64,000 bases of DNA from an uncultured Acidobacteriota bacterium (GTDB taxonomy: Bacteria > Acidobacteriota > Terriglobia > UBA7540): positions 981 through 64,980 of the forward strand of contig CAVSWQ010000045.1 in NCBI GenBank assembly GCA_963731705.1, written 5' to 3'. Made by a program: the position numbers and the translations under genes. Positions 38,633 to 49,042 of this stretch are shown here, in pieces. Numbering within the stretch: position 1 is the stretch's first letter; every line of letters starts with the position of its first letter. Below the pieces are notes generated by a model. The model searched no databases. It had not been told where the DNA came from and saw nothing but the letters and a program-made list of their open reading frames with translations.

Positions 38633-41224
38633 CTATTGCTGGCCGGACCCCAGGGTTGGGTTGGGATCGCCCGGGTTTGCCCCCATGGCGGCAAACTTTG
38701 TCGGCGATACGACGTAAAAAATCGACGATCCGGACCCCAGGACCACTCTTCCGTTTGAGGACACTGAGTAGGTTGTAGAGTTCGTTTGTCCGGCAAGCAA
38801 CGTCCCCTGCACATTCTGGTCAGTGACGGTCGAGATGTTTCCGGCGCCATCAAAGGAGACCACCTTGGTGCTCAACGTCGCCGGGAAAACTCCGTACGGA
38901 GGCGGAACCGGCGCCCCTGCAAACTCCTGGGCGCCAAAGAAGCCGGTAAAGTTCAGTGAGGAATTCGTGAACGGCCCGGCGGTTTGTGCCTGAAAGGTTC
39001 CCGCAGTAACACCGCTGTCTATCCCGACCACAAATGCCCGGTTCGCGGAAACCAGATAGCCGGCCAGCGAAGGCAAACCCTGAGGAGGCATCAGTGTGAA
39101 GCGTCCGGTCGACGCGTCAGGGGTCGTATAGGTTCCGCTGCCCGTCACCGTGGTCAATGCCCCCGCGCCGTTTGTGTCCATGGAGAAGTCAGCATTGCCG
39201 TTGCCGTCCAATGTGACAACGCCCAGCGTGACGTGTGACCCATCGGCTCCAGACGAGTCAACACCCATCACCACCGGCCCACTGAGTGAACTGTTCGAAT
39301 ATGGACCACCTGTCTGCGCATCGATCTCTCCCGTCACGAGTCCTGAGGTCGAAGCTGTGTCCATACTGAGCGCCAGCATTCTGCTGGCTGAAACAATGTA
39401 AGCAACATAAACAGAGGGTGCCGGCGAAACACTGTTGAGCGTTACGGCACACCGTCCCGTCGTGGTATCAACGCTGTAAGTGCTGCTGTTGGCAATTGCG
39501 CCAGAGGTTGTGGGGGTGCCGCTGTCATCAGCGTCAAACACCCCGCCCGTGATGCCCCCTGAGCCATCGGCTGTCAACTGGCCCGCAACAGCCAGGCGGC
39601 TCCCTGCCATGTCAGAACCGGTAAAGCCAAAAGCGTAGCTGCCCGTGATGTCCTGTTTCAGGAATGAGGCACTGTTCTGCCATTCAATCACGCCGCTCAT
39701 GAGATAACCGCTCGAGTCAAACTCCACAGCGGAGCCCTTCTCCGCCGTGCCCGCAACCAGACTCCCCACGGCGATCGCCATGGTGTAGGTGGACCCTGAG
39801 GAGTTGGTAAAGGTGATGGTCCCCCGGTTGTCCGCTCCCACCGAATAGGTGCCTGAATTGATAGTCAGGCTGGCTTGCGGCGCGACACCCCTGTCGTTCA
39901 AGTCTTCCACGCCACCCGTAATACCTCCCGCACCGTCCGCCACAAAACTTCCTGCCGCCGCCACGCGATTTCCATGGGTGTCGTAACCGCTCAGCAGAAA
40001 GGCGTAACGCCCGCTCAGTTCTGTGTTGTTCGCTCCTACACTGTTGATGGTGATACTGAGTTGCTGAGTGGCTGTCTGCGGCGGTGTGCTGGAATCCGTC
40101 ACCATCACGGTAAAATTCGAGGTCCCGGCCACGGTGGGTGACCCGGAAATATCTCCGCTGCCGGCACCCAGCGTCAACCCGGCCGGCAAAGCGCCCGAAC
40201 TGATGTTCCAGGTCACGGGCAGTGTTCCATAGGCAGCTTCAACAGTGTTGCTGTACGCCACATTTACCGTGCCGTCAGCCAGTGAAGCCGTGGTAATCGT
40301 CAAAGCCGGTTCGATGGTGATGCTGAGCTGTCGCGTCGCCGTCTGCGTGGATGCATCGGCCACCTGCACGGTAAAGGAGTAGTTCTTTGAAGTTGCGGGG
40401 GTCCCGAAAATCACCCCGGTGCTGGCGTCAAGTGAGAGCCCGGCAGGAAGACTGCCGGTTGTAATCGACCACGAATAGGGCTTCGTTCCGCCGCTGGTCT
40501 GCAACGTCGTACTGTACGCCACGTTCACCGACCCGTTCGGCAGCAAAGCCGTTGTGATGATGAGCCGGTTTGCAATGGTGATGCTCAGTGACTGGGTGGC
40601 TGACACTGGCGTAGGCGCCGAATCTGTGACCCGAACGGTAAAGTTCGTTGTCCCTGAAGCGGTGGGGGAGCCGGAAATCACTCCCGTGCTGGCATCGAGC
40701 GAAAGTCCGGCCGACAGACTGCTTCCCGACGCAAGATTCCAGGAAAGGGACCCTGTCCCGCCGCTGGCCTTCAAGGTGGCGCTATAGGAATTTCCCACCA
40801 CCCCCCCCGGCAGCGAGGCAGTGGTCACGACGGGAGACGGATTCACAGTCACCGTCGACGGAGCCGAAACGCTGCTCTTTGCCACAGAAGTGGCTTTCAC
40901 CGTCACTGCCAGGGCGGAAGAAACGCTGGATGGAGCGTTGTAAGTTGCCGCTGTTTTGGTCGTATTGGTGAGTATTCCGCAGGAGTTGCCGCTACAACCG
41001 CTTCCGGATACGCTCCAGGAAACACCCTGGCTGTTGGAGTCATTGGTGACGCTGGCCGTGAATGTCACGGTCTGCCCTGCGTCAATGCTCAGCTGTGTAC
41101 CGGGTGATATGGCGACGGATGGCTGTGGAGATACCAGACTCGGCGAAACAGGGGCGCTCGAACCGCCCCCGCAGTTCGTCAAAAGAAATATTACGACGCC
41201 AATGAGGCCTACGGCCTTCTTCAC
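38633..41224 (-). CDS. large lipoprotein with about six putative-Ig (He_PIG-like) repeats and a repetitive C-terminal beta-rich region
   Basis: 863 aa. Has a lipobox-like N-terminus (FLLTNCGGG). The unit LP.G.V...Y...L...GGT.PYSWS...GSLPAGLSLDASTGVISGTP recurs. Confidence 0.75.
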   Translation of the reverse strand: MKKAVGLIGVVIFLLTNCGGGSSAPVSPSLVSPQPSVAISPGTQLSIDAGQTVTFTASVTNDSNSQGVSWSVSGSGCSGNSCGILTNTTKTAATYNAPSSVSSALAVTVKATSVAKSSVSAPSTVTVNPSPVVTTASLPGGVVGNSYSATLKASGGTGSLSWNLASGSSLSAGLSLDASTGVISGSPTASGTTNFTVRVTDSAPTPVSATQSLSITIANRLIITTALLPNGSVNVAYSTTLQTSGGTKPYSWSITTGSLPAGLSLDASTGVIFGTPATSKNYSFTVQVADASTQTATRQLSITIEPALTITTASLADGTVNVAYSNTVEAAYGTLPVTWNISSGALPAGLTLGAGSGDISGSPTVAGTSNFTVMVTDSSTPPQTATQQLSITINSVGANNTELSGRYAFLLSGYDTHGNRVAAAGSFVADGAGGITGGVEDLNDRGVAPQASLTINSGTYSVGADNRGTITFTNSSGSTYTMAIAVGSLVAGTAEKGSAVEFDSSGYLMSGVIEWQNSASFLKQDITGSYAFGFTGSDMAGSRLAVAGQLTADGSGGITGGVFDADDSGTPTTSGAIANSSTYSVDTTTGRCAVTLNSVSPAPSVYVAYIVSASRMLALSMDTASTSGLVTGEIDAQTGGPYSNSSLSGPVVMGVDSSGADGSHVTLGVVTLDGNGNADFSMDTNGAGALTTVTGSGTYTTPDASTGRFTLMPPQGLPSLAGYLVSANRAFVVGIDSGVTAGTFQAQTAGPFTNSSLNFTGFFGAQEFAGAPVPPPYGVFPATLSTKVVSFDGAGNISTVTDQNVQGTLLAGQTNSTTYSVSSNGRVVLGSGSSIFYVVSPTKFAAMGANPGDPNPTLGSGQQ

Positions 41225-41561
41225 GGTGACTTGCCCCCCTCGAAAGTCAGCAAGTCGTTCGTTTGCTAGCTTAAGAATTTAACGGCAGGATATCTTAACG
41301 AGTGCTCCACTGTCAATTGAAACGCCACCAATGGCAACCTGATTAACCCAACACTAACCAGGACGCCCGCAGGCATGACATTCACGGGAAACTTCCGCGG
41401 ATGAAAACAGAAAGCTTTGGCGTGCGATTCAGTTGCGCCATGCCTTGGCAACCTCGCGTTTTGATGAATCCTGTTAACGCCACTAAAATAGGGTGACAAC
41501 CCATAGCCGCATCGTCCCTGCCGTATCCACAGCGGGTACCGGCGAGGTTTAACATTTTTTC

Positions 41562-41591
41562 TTGCTCATTCGCTTTTTATTCGCCTATAAT
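41562..41591 (+). promoter_or_regulatory. putative sigma70 promoter of lexA with a direct repeat in the spacer
   Basis: TTGCTC (41562-41567), an 18-nt spacer and TATAAT (41586-41591). The spacer contains ATTCGC-TTTTT-ATTCGC. Confidence 0.5.
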
Positions 41592-41645
41592 AGCCTCAAA
41601 TGTAGTCAATGTGGCTCCCAGTCCGGCCACTGCAGGAGGAATCAG

Positions 41646-42353
41646 ATGGCGTTGACACGGCGGCAAAAACAGGTCCTGGATTTCCTGGTCCACTTTATCA
41701 ACCGGCACGGTTATTCACCGAGCTTTGAGGAGATGGCGTCCGGGCTTCATCTTTCCTCACTCGCCACCGTGCACAAGCACCTGCAGGTCCTTGAAAAGAA
41801 GGGATTCATCCGGCGCCGGTACAACCAGAGCCGCTCGGTGGAAGTGGTTGCCGTCCCCGGGTCTGTTCCTTACGGGAAAGAGTTCATGCAAACGGGGGCG
41901 GGCCAACCTGAACCCGGACGCGCACCACTTCCAGCAATGCCCAGTGACTCCATTCACTTCCATCCTCTGCCGAATCTTGATTTCCCACTGCTCGGTTACA
42001 TCGCTGCCGGGCAGCCCGTGGAAGCGATTCCTCAGCCGGAGAATTTTTCGCTGGGCGACTTCACCAGCCGCAGGGACAGAATTTATGTTCTGCGGGTGAA
42101 AGGCGATTCCATGGTGGATGACCACATTTGCGATGGCGATTACATCCTGGTGGAGAACTCAACGACCGCGCAAAACGGCGACATTGTGGTGGCGCTGGTC
42201 GGTGAAACAGATGCCACGCTGAAACGGTTCTTCCTGGAAGGGGCGGAAAAGGTTCGGCTCCAGCCCGCCAATGCCCAGATGGATCCCATCATTGTGCCTG
42301 CGGGAAACGTCAAGATTCAAGGGCGCGTGATTGGCGTCCTGCGCAAGTACTAG
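41646..42353 (+). CDS. lexA: LexA repressor (S24 peptidase) with an extended linker
   Basis: ATG at 41646 follows GCAGGAGGA. The N-terminal winged HTH is MALTRRQKQVLDFLV..GYSPSFEEMA. The cleavage site is IAAGQP, with GDSM (Ser) and LKRF (Lys) motifs. Confidence 0.92.
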   Translation: MALTRRQKQVLDFLVHFINRHGYSPSFEEMASGLHLSSLATVHKHLQVLEKKGFIRRRYNQSRSVEVVAVPGSVPYGKEFMQTGAGQPEPGRAPLPAMPSDSIHFHPLPNLDFPLLGYIAAGQPVEAIPQPENFSLGDFTSRRDRIYVLRVKGDSMVDDHICDGDYILVENSTTAQNGDIVVALVGETDATLKRFFLEGAEKVRLQPANAQMDPIIVPAGNVKIQGRVIGVLRKY

Positions 42354-42484
42354 AGAGGGAACCCAACCCGCCGGCAATTGCCACCCGGGCTGCAGCGCGT
42401 TGTACTTCCGTTGACAGAACTCACCACGAACACGGGCCGCGGGATTCCAAGCCGCAGCCCGTGCGTGCCATCCATTGCTGCCGG

Positions 42485-43651
42485 CTAATGGCCAGCCGGC
42501 CCGTGCCCTGCCGGGACGGAGAACTTCGAAGCACTGATGGGGACATTCTGCTGCACCTGCGCCACCTGCACCGTTGACTGGCCATGCGGCTGGGCAACGG
42601 TCCATTGGAACGGCACTTTCACTCCGTCAACCTCGCGGTAATCGGAATAGTCGGTCTGCTGCGGCAGGCGCCCGAGCGCCGTCTGGGTAAAATAGACCAT
42701 CCGCAGCAGCAACCCCGATTGCTTGCTGAAGAACAGTTCGACAGGCGGCTTGCCCGGCCGCATGCCCAGCACTACAAAGGCTTCCTCATCGCCGACTTTT
42801 TGCGGCGGCCTCTCGCGCATCGAGGTGAAAATCTTCTGGATATCGAGTGGGAAATAGAAGTTCGCATTCAGCCGCGCCCGGTCCAGTTCACTGCCTTCCA
42901 GCGCGTGCGGCGGACGGGGCATCATGGACGCCCATCCCTCCTGGCCGTTATAGACCGTCATGCTTTGCCCTCGCGGCGACTTTATCACGCTGGCCATCTC
43001 ATCCGGAGCCTGGGCATAGATCTCGACAGGCATGGTGTGCCCAAAGGCTGTCATCGTGCCCGTCATCACGCGACTCTGGACCTTTCGCAGAGCATCCGCA
43101 CCGCCCAGCGCTGCAACGTATTTGCCAACAATCGCATCCGGCTGCGGAAGCGATGCAAGGTTCGCGCGCCGGCCATGCTCTTCCATGTGGGCAGGGCGCG
43201 CCTGGACTTCTCCGGCTTCGGCAATCGCCGGCATTCCCGCCGGATGCCGGGCACCGTTATGGCAGGTGTTGCACGTCACCTGCAGATGCCCGTGGAAACT
43301 GTCTTTGTCAATGGCGAACATCATCTGCATCATTTCACGCGCACGTTGCTTTGGCTTTTTGGTGTCCTCATCAAAGTGGTGTTCAACGTGGCAGTAGTCG
43401 CAATGCACGCCGAGCGACGCTGAAATAAACTCCATGGTGGGAATCAACTCATAGGAGGGAATATCCTTGAGAACCTTGATGTTCTTGTAAGCCTCCGCCG
43501 CCGTCCTCGCGACCGGGGGTTGAGCGGATTGCCCCACCGACTTTGGCCCCGATTGCGCCAGGAATCGAGGCGCTTGCCCAGCACCTGTCAACAGTAAGAA
43601 ACCCAATGAAAACCCCATTGCGGCCGCAGCCGCAATTCTCCATCTCCGCAT
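42485..43651 (-). CDS. secreted dihaem c-type cytochrome domain fused to a LolA-like beta domain
   Basis: Has a signal peptide and two CxxCH motifs (CDYCH, CNTCH) in a reaction-centre-cytochrome-like N-terminal region. The C-terminal roughly 220 aa are beta-rich. Confidence 0.65.
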   Translation of the reverse strand: MRRWRIAAAAAMGFSLGFLLLTGAGQAPRFLAQSGPKSVGQSAQPPVARTAAEAYKNIKVLKDIPSYELIPTMEFISASLGVHCDYCHVEHHFDEDTKKPKQRAREMMQMMFAIDKDSFHGHLQVTCNTCHNGARHPAGMPAIAEAGEVQARPAHMEEHGRRANLASLPQPDAIVGKYVAALGGADALRKVQSRVMTGTMTAFGHTMPVEIYAQAPDEMASVIKSPRGQSMTVYNGQEGWASMMPRPPHALEGSELDRARLNANFYFPLDIQKIFTSMRERPPQKVGDEEAFVVLGMRPGKPPVELFFSKQSGLLLRMVYFTQTALGRLPQQTDYSDYREVDGVKVPFQWTVAQPHGQSTVQVAQVQQNVPISASKFSVPAGHGPAGH

Positions 43652-43811
43652 TATGTTTGCCCCTTTCGTGTGGAAGCCGCCCCGACGCACCCCTCGCGCG
43701 AAAACGGCCGAATATCAAACCCTTAGACGCCACCGCCGGGCGCACAGTTACACGGCGCAAAGCCGCAAGGCCCGCATGCCCGCACAACCCCATACTGTCG
43801 CGTCGCTGCCC

Positions 43812-45498
43812 TTAGAGATTTCCGCGCTTCAATTCCTGCATCATGCGGTCGCAGGAACGAACACACAAGGCCATGATGGTAAGGGTCGGATTCTGGCAGG
43901 CCGTGGAAGTGAAACCAGCTCCGTCCAGAACAAAGAGGTTCTTGACGTCATGGCTCTGCTGGAACTGGTTGAGGACCGACGCTTTGGAATTGTCACCCAT
44001 GCGGGCAACGCCAACTTCGTGGATCGCATAGCCAGGAGTACCATGCCGGGCGTGGGTCTTGACGTTCTTTGCGCCCGCTGCTTCCAGCATCTCGGCGGCG
44101 GATTCTGCCATGTCATTCAGCATGGCATATTCGTTCTCGCCGTATTTCATGTGGAAATTCAGAACGGGAATCCCATAGGTATCCACGACGTTCGGATTGA
44201 CCTCCACATAGTTGTCCCAGCGCGCCAGGCACTCGCCAAAGCCCCCAAGGCTGATCGAAACAACAGGATCCTGAATAGCCTTCTTGAACGCCTCGCCGAA
44301 ACCATGCGCATTCCAGTTGAACCCCACTCCACCTCCACCCTGGAACCCGTAGCCGCGAAGGAACTTCCTCGAACGGGGTCCATTGTGAGTGTTGCGAAAC
44401 CGGATCACATAAATGCCGTCGGGCCGATTGGGACCGTTAAGGGTGGGTTTACCGGTCAGTCCCGGGAGTTCGCCCGTGGCGCCCCCGCCGGAGATATGGT
44501 CCATCAGATAATGGCCCAGCACGCCGCTGGAGTTAGCCAGACCGTTCGGGTACTGCCGGTTGGCCGAGTTGAAAAGGATGCGCACAGACTCCAGTGACTG
44601 CGCGCAGAGCGCCACCACACGCCCATAAATTTCCCTCGGCTGCCGCGTGTTGCGGTCTATATAGAGCAACCCTTTGGCGCGGTTGCGGTCCGGGTCCATC
44701 AGGACCTTGTAGACCATGGCATTGGGAATATGGGTGCAGTTGCCGGACTTCAAGGCGTCCGCCACCGTTGTGAAGAAGCTATTGAAATAGGAATGCGTCA
44801 CACAGCCGCGCTCGCAGGGGCCGCAGTAATGGCACGGCAGCGCGCCCGTTGATCGGTTTCGTCAGGTTGGCCGAGCGCCCCAGGGTGACTGTCCGGCCCA
44901 GCTTCTCTTTCACTTGCTTCCGCAGCAGGGTTTCCGCGCACGTCAGTCCCATGGGCGGCTGGAACTTCCCGTCGGGCAGTTCATAAACGCCTTCCGGGAT
45001 GCCGGTGATGCCGACATACTCTTCCACGATGTCGTAATAGGGTGCGAGGTCCTTGTAGCTGAGCGGCCAGTCGTCGCCGTAACCATCGTGAGAGGCGGCC
45101 TTGAAATCGAGATCACTCAACCGGTAACTCTGCCGGCCCCAGACGTTAGTGCGGCCGCCGGTCACCCGCATGCGCCCCTGCCAGCTGAAGGGCATGCCTT
45201 CGGCGGTCGTATAAGGTTCATCGAGGTCGTTGCAGAACCAGTCGTAGTTATATTCCATGCAGGCGTAGCAGTCTTTTTGCCGGGGCCGCGTCCGGCGAAT
45301 CACTTCCGGAGCCATGTCGCGGTACTTCAATTTGAATGCGGGCTCATGCTCCGTAAAATTCTTGTCAGACTGCTGCCGGCCGGCATCGACGAGAGCCACC
45401 TTCAGCCCGGCTTCTGCCAATCGCTTGCAAGCCCATCCGCCGGATGCGCCGGAACCCACCACCAGCACGTCATAGACCTGCTTTCCCCCCTGGGTCAT
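43812..45498 (-). pseudogene. GMC family FAD oxidoreductase, split by a 1-nt insertion near 44833-44836
   Basis: ORF 44779..45498 (YDVLVVGSGASGGW...NGRAA) and ORF 43812..44801 (THSYFNS...KRGNL) together align end to end with the intact paralogue at 45545..47230. The junction gct gcc G tgc cat tac would read AACHYCGPCERGC. Confidence 0.8.
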
Positions 45499-45544
45499 CC
45501 CACCTCACCAGTGATTGCTTTAATTGGACTGTCAGGCCGCCCCG

Positions 45545-47230
45545 TCAAAGGTTTCCCCGCTTCATCTCCCCCAACAGATAATCGCAGGAACGCGTGCAAA
45601 GGGCCATGATGGTCAGGGTTGAGTTCTGGCAGGCACTGGATGTAAACGCCGAACCGTCCAGGACGAAGAGGTTCTTCACGTCGTGGCTTTGCTGGAACTG
45701 GTTGAGCACCGAGTCCTTCGAAGTCTTCCCCATACGGGCAACACCCACTTCGTGAATGGCCCATCCGGGCGTTGAAGGGCGCGCAAACGTGGTGATGTTT
45801 TTGGCGCCGGCTGCTTCCAGCATTTCGCCGGCCGACTCAGCCATGTCCTTCACCATGGCAAACTCGTTCTCACCGTACTTCATGTGGAAATTAAGAACAG
45901 GAATCCCGAACGTATCCAATACGTTGGGGTTGATCTCCACATAGTTTTCCCAGCGGCCCAGGCATTCGCCGTAGCCGTGCAGAGAAAAAGCCTGGACGGG
46001 CTCATGCAACGCCTTCTTGTAAGCCTCTCCAAATCCGGAAGCCTTCCAGTTGTAGCCAACCCCCGCCCCGGTCTGGAAGCCGTAACCCCGGATGAAATTC
46101 TTGGAGCGCGGCCTGCCCGGAACATTGCGGAACCGGATGATGTAACTGCCCGCCGGATTCACGGGTCCCCCGAGGCTCGGCTTGCCACCCAGTTCGGGGA
46201 AGTGGCCCACGGCCCCACCACCCATCACGTGGTCCATCAGGTAGTGGCCGAGCGTCCCGCTTGAATTGGCCAGACCGTTCGGGTACTGCCGGTTGGCTGA
46301 GTTGAACAGGATGCGCACCGACTCCAGTGACTGTGCGCAAATCGCCACCACGCGCCCGTAGATTTCCTTCGGCTCCCGGGTGATCCGGTCGATATAAAGC
46401 ACTCCTTTGGCCTGATTGCGATCCGTGTCCATCAGAACCTTGTAGACCATGGCGTTGGGAATCAACGTGCAATTCCCCGAATGGAGCGCATCGGCCACCG
46501 TAGTGAAATAGGAATTGAAGTAGGAGTGCGTAATACAGCCTCGATCGCATGGGCCGCAGTAATGGCAGGCCGCCCGCCCGTTAAGTGGCCGGGTCAGATT
46601 GGCACACCGGCAAGGCGTAAGAATATACCCGCCGTGCTTCTTCAGCCGGTCACGGACCAGAACCTCCGCGCACTCCAGCGGCATCGGCGGCTGGAATTTA
46701 CCATCCGGAAGGACAGACGCGCCTTCCGCTTGCCCACAAATGCCTGCGTACTCCTCGACCTCATCGTAATAAGGAGCCAGGTCCTTGTAACTGAGCGGCC
46801 AATCCTGACCGTAGCCGTCCCGCGAAGCGGCCTTAAAGTCCAGATCGCTCAAGCGCAGACTCAGCCGGCCCCAGACGTTGGTGCGGCCACCCGTCACGCG
46901 CATGCGTCCCTGCCAGCTGAACGGCATGCCCTCTTCGGTTGTATAGGGTTCATCGAGGTCGTTGCAGAACCAGTCGTAGTTGTACTCCGTACAAGCGTAG
47001 CAGTCCTTTTGCACGGGCCTCGTCTTGCGAATCAGCTCCGGGGCCATGTTCCGGTATTTCAGTTCGAAACGGGGTTTGTGTTCGCTGAAGTTCTCGTCCG
47101 ATTGCATCCGGCCTGCATCCAGGATGGCAACTTTCATGCCGGCTTCAGAAAATTTCTTGGCCGCCCATCCCCCGGAAGCGCCGGACCCTACCACGAGCAC
47201 GTCGTAGGTGTTTTGCTCACCTTTGCTCAT
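45545..47230 (-). CDS. GMC family FAD-dependent oxidoreductase (intact paralogue)
   Basis: 561 aa. Contains the VVGSGASGGWAAK dinucleotide fold, CHYCGPCDRGC, and the C-terminal GMC motif HEVGVARMG. Confidence 0.85.
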   Translation of the reverse strand: MSKGEQNTYDVLVVGSGASGGWAAKKFSEAGMKVAILDAGRMQSDENFSEHKPRFELKYRNMAPELIRKTRPVQKDCYACTEYNYDWFCNDLDEPYTTEEGMPFSWQGRMRVTGGRTNVWGRLSLRLSDLDFKAASRDGYGQDWPLSYKDLAPYYDEVEEYAGICGQAEGASVLPDGKFQPPMPLECAEVLVRDRLKKHGGYILTPCRCANLTRPLNGRAACHYCGPCDRGCITHSYFNSYFTTVADALHSGNCTLIPNAMVYKVLMDTDRNQAKGVLYIDRITREPKEIYGRVVAICAQSLESVRILFNSANRQYPNGLANSSGTLGHYLMDHVMGGGAVGHFPELGGKPSLGGPVNPAGSYIIRFRNVPGRPRSKNFIRGYGFQTGAGVGYNWKASGFGEAYKKALHEPVQAFSLHGYGECLGRWENYVEINPNVLDTFGIPVLNFHMKYGENEFAMVKDMAESAGEMLEAAGAKNITTFARPSTPGWAIHEVGVARMGKTSKDSVLNQFQQSHDVKNLFVLDGSAFTSSACQNSTLTIMALCTRSCDYLLGEMKRGNL

Positions 47231-47584
47231 CGAACATCTCCTGACTTTTTTGTGATGCCTGTTATCACTGCGCCCTGTTCAAGCTCCCGCGGAAGCGCCA
47301 ACCTCCGCGGTCGCCGGGAGGAAAAAGAAAGGTTTCCGGATGAAAGGGTCAATCCCGGGAACAAACTGCGAAAGCCCCTCCGGATTGGTCAGATGCGTCT
47401 CACACATGAAGAGAAATGATCGTAACAATCGTGCGAAAAAACGTCAACCATAGCGGGCACAGAAACCCGCTTACGGAGAGTTGTCTTGAACCGTGTTTCG
47501 GTGATAGCATGAGGCCCTTATTGATTCAGGGTGAGATTCCCCGGTTTTTGGCGAGTCTGAAATGCACTTAAGGCAGGGCAAAGG

Positions 47585-48238
47585 ATGAACAAGAAACAGG
47601 TTCCGGCCGTTCCCGGCCATAGCTCCAACTCAGAGACTGGAATCAATCGCCGTGAGATGGTCCGGCGATTAATGCTGGCCGGAGGCGCTGGACTTGCTCT
47701 GCCTGGCATCACCGAGGGACATCCCATCGCCAGGCACCTTGCAAATCAGGGTGCGGCCGCAAAAGCTGCTTCCACGGCTGCAAATACCGACGGGTCCCCG
47801 GCATTCCTTGATCAGCATCAGAGCAAGACCCTGGAGGTTCTGGGCGAGCGCATCATTCCCGGCTCATCCAAGGCCCAGGTCAACCGCTTCATCGACCTTC
47901 TACTTTCTGTAGACACGCAGGACGCACAGAAGAAATTCATCGCATCGCTCTCAGCTTTTGAAGCGGAATCCCTCAAGCGTTTTTCCCATCCCTATAAAAA
48001 CCTCACCGTAAGTCAGCAAAACGATATCCTCACTTCAGCTTCCACAGCAAAACACGGGGAAGCCTCGGGAGACCAACCGCACCCGGTCACCTTGCGTGAT
48101 CACTTTGAGAACCTCAAAAGCTGGATTTCGGGCGCTTATTACTCGTCGGAAATCGGCATGAAAGAACTGGGATGGACAGATCAGGTTTTTTTCACAAGTT
48201 TCCCGGGGTGCCAGGATCCAGGGCAACACCAATCGTAA
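47585..48238 (+). CDS. gluconate 2-dehydrogenase subunit 3-like small subunit with a twin-arginine signal
   Basis: 217 aa. The sequence INRREMVRRLMLAGGAGLALPG is a Tat motif. This subunit is a common partner of GMC flavoprotein subunits. Confidence 0.7.
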   Translation: MNKKQVPAVPGHSSNSETGINRREMVRRLMLAGGAGLALPGITEGHPIARHLANQGAAAKAASTAANTDGSPAFLDQHQSKTLEVLGERIIPGSSKAQVNRFIDLLLSVDTQDAQKKFIASLSAFEAESLKRFSHPYKNLTVSQQNDILTSASTAKHGEASGDQPHPVTLRDHFENLKSWISGAYYSSEIGMKELGWTDQVFFTSFPGCQDPGQHQS

Positions 48239-48591
48239 CTACTTTACTGCAGCACTCCCTCGCCCTTCACTTTGCCATCAGCCCGAATGATAGGCACAAT
48301 GGGTGCGTGAATTATTAGGGAATAATAAGAAATAAGGTTTCATCTGATGGGTTCCATTTGCTGGAAAATGCGCCGGGACCAACGCCTCGCAAGGCGTCCA
48401 GCTGTGCCGAAAAGGATTCCAAAACCCTACGCAAGATGCTGTTAAAAAACAACTTACAAGACATTGGCTTGAGGCGACCAGCGGGCTGCCATCCGGCTCT
48501 GAAACAGAATATCATTCAGCAAGTGGAATATTTCAGGTATATTACTTTTTGCTTAATAACTTTCTTTTGTTTACTTTCAGCCCGTTTTCCC

Positions 48592-48619
48592 TTGACATGT
48601 CCCAGTTTTGTGGCACAAT
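48592..48619 (+). promoter_or_regulatory. candidate sigma70 promoter upstream of the repeat-peptide gene
   Basis: TTGACA (48592-48597), 16 nt, CACAAT (48614-48619). It is followed by the inverted repeat GGTAAC..GTTACC (48621-48644). Confidence 0.35.
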
Positions 48620-48729
48620 TGGTAACGGTAGATTAGCAGTTACCTATTGACTTGGGAGGCATTGTTAGATAGGCTCTCTTCCACTGCGGGAAAAATTTAA
48701 CCCGATAGATTCACCTGGAGGAGAGTCTG

Positions 48730-48975
48730 ATGAAAAACTACATCCTGACCTTTGTGTTGGCTGTGCTGGTTGTGCTGGCGAGCGTGTCTCTGCGAAGAGC
48801 TATTGCTCCTAGCAGTGTTGATATGAGCAGCGCGGGAACCTTGTTAGCGATTGGGCCATCGCCCGCCCCGCTTCCGCCGCGTGTTTCCGCGATTGGGCCG
48901 TCACCAGCGCCGCTTCCGCCGCGCGATTCTGCAATTGGGCCATCGCCGGCGCCACTTCCGCCGCGCGCTCAGTAG
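48730..48975 (+). CDS. small (81 aa) signal/TM peptide followed by three AIGPSPAPLPPR repeats
   Basis: ATG follows CTGGAGGAGAG. The product has a hydrophobic N-terminus (MKNYILTFVLAVLVVLASV) and then 3 x 14-aa units. Confidence 0.65.
   Translation: MKNYILTFVLAVLVVLASVSLRRAIAPSSVDMSSAGTLLAIGPSPAPLPPRVSAIGPSPAPLPPRDSAIGPSPAPLPPRAQ
48847..48972 (+). repeat. 3 x 42-bp in-frame tandem repeat (coding)
   Basis: The units are 48847-48888, 48889-48930 and 48931-48972. Within the 12-codon core, the units differ only at synonymous third positions. Confidence 0.95.
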
Positions 48976-49042
48976 GATTTTTTATGAGCTCTGAGCAGCC
49001 TGGCGAGGCCTTCGAAGGTTAAGGTTTTCAATCAGGCTGCTT

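Noticed and set aside
48611-48626. TGGCAC motif considered as a sigma54 -24 element
   Set aside because: No TTGC-like -12 element occurs at the required spacing. The following bases are AATTGGTAAC.
48847-48972. 42-bp tandem repeat considered as a possible CRISPR array or VNTR
   Set aside because: The units are directly adjacent with no spacers, in frame inside an ORF, and vary only at synonymous positions. This is a coding peptide repeat, not a CRISPR array.
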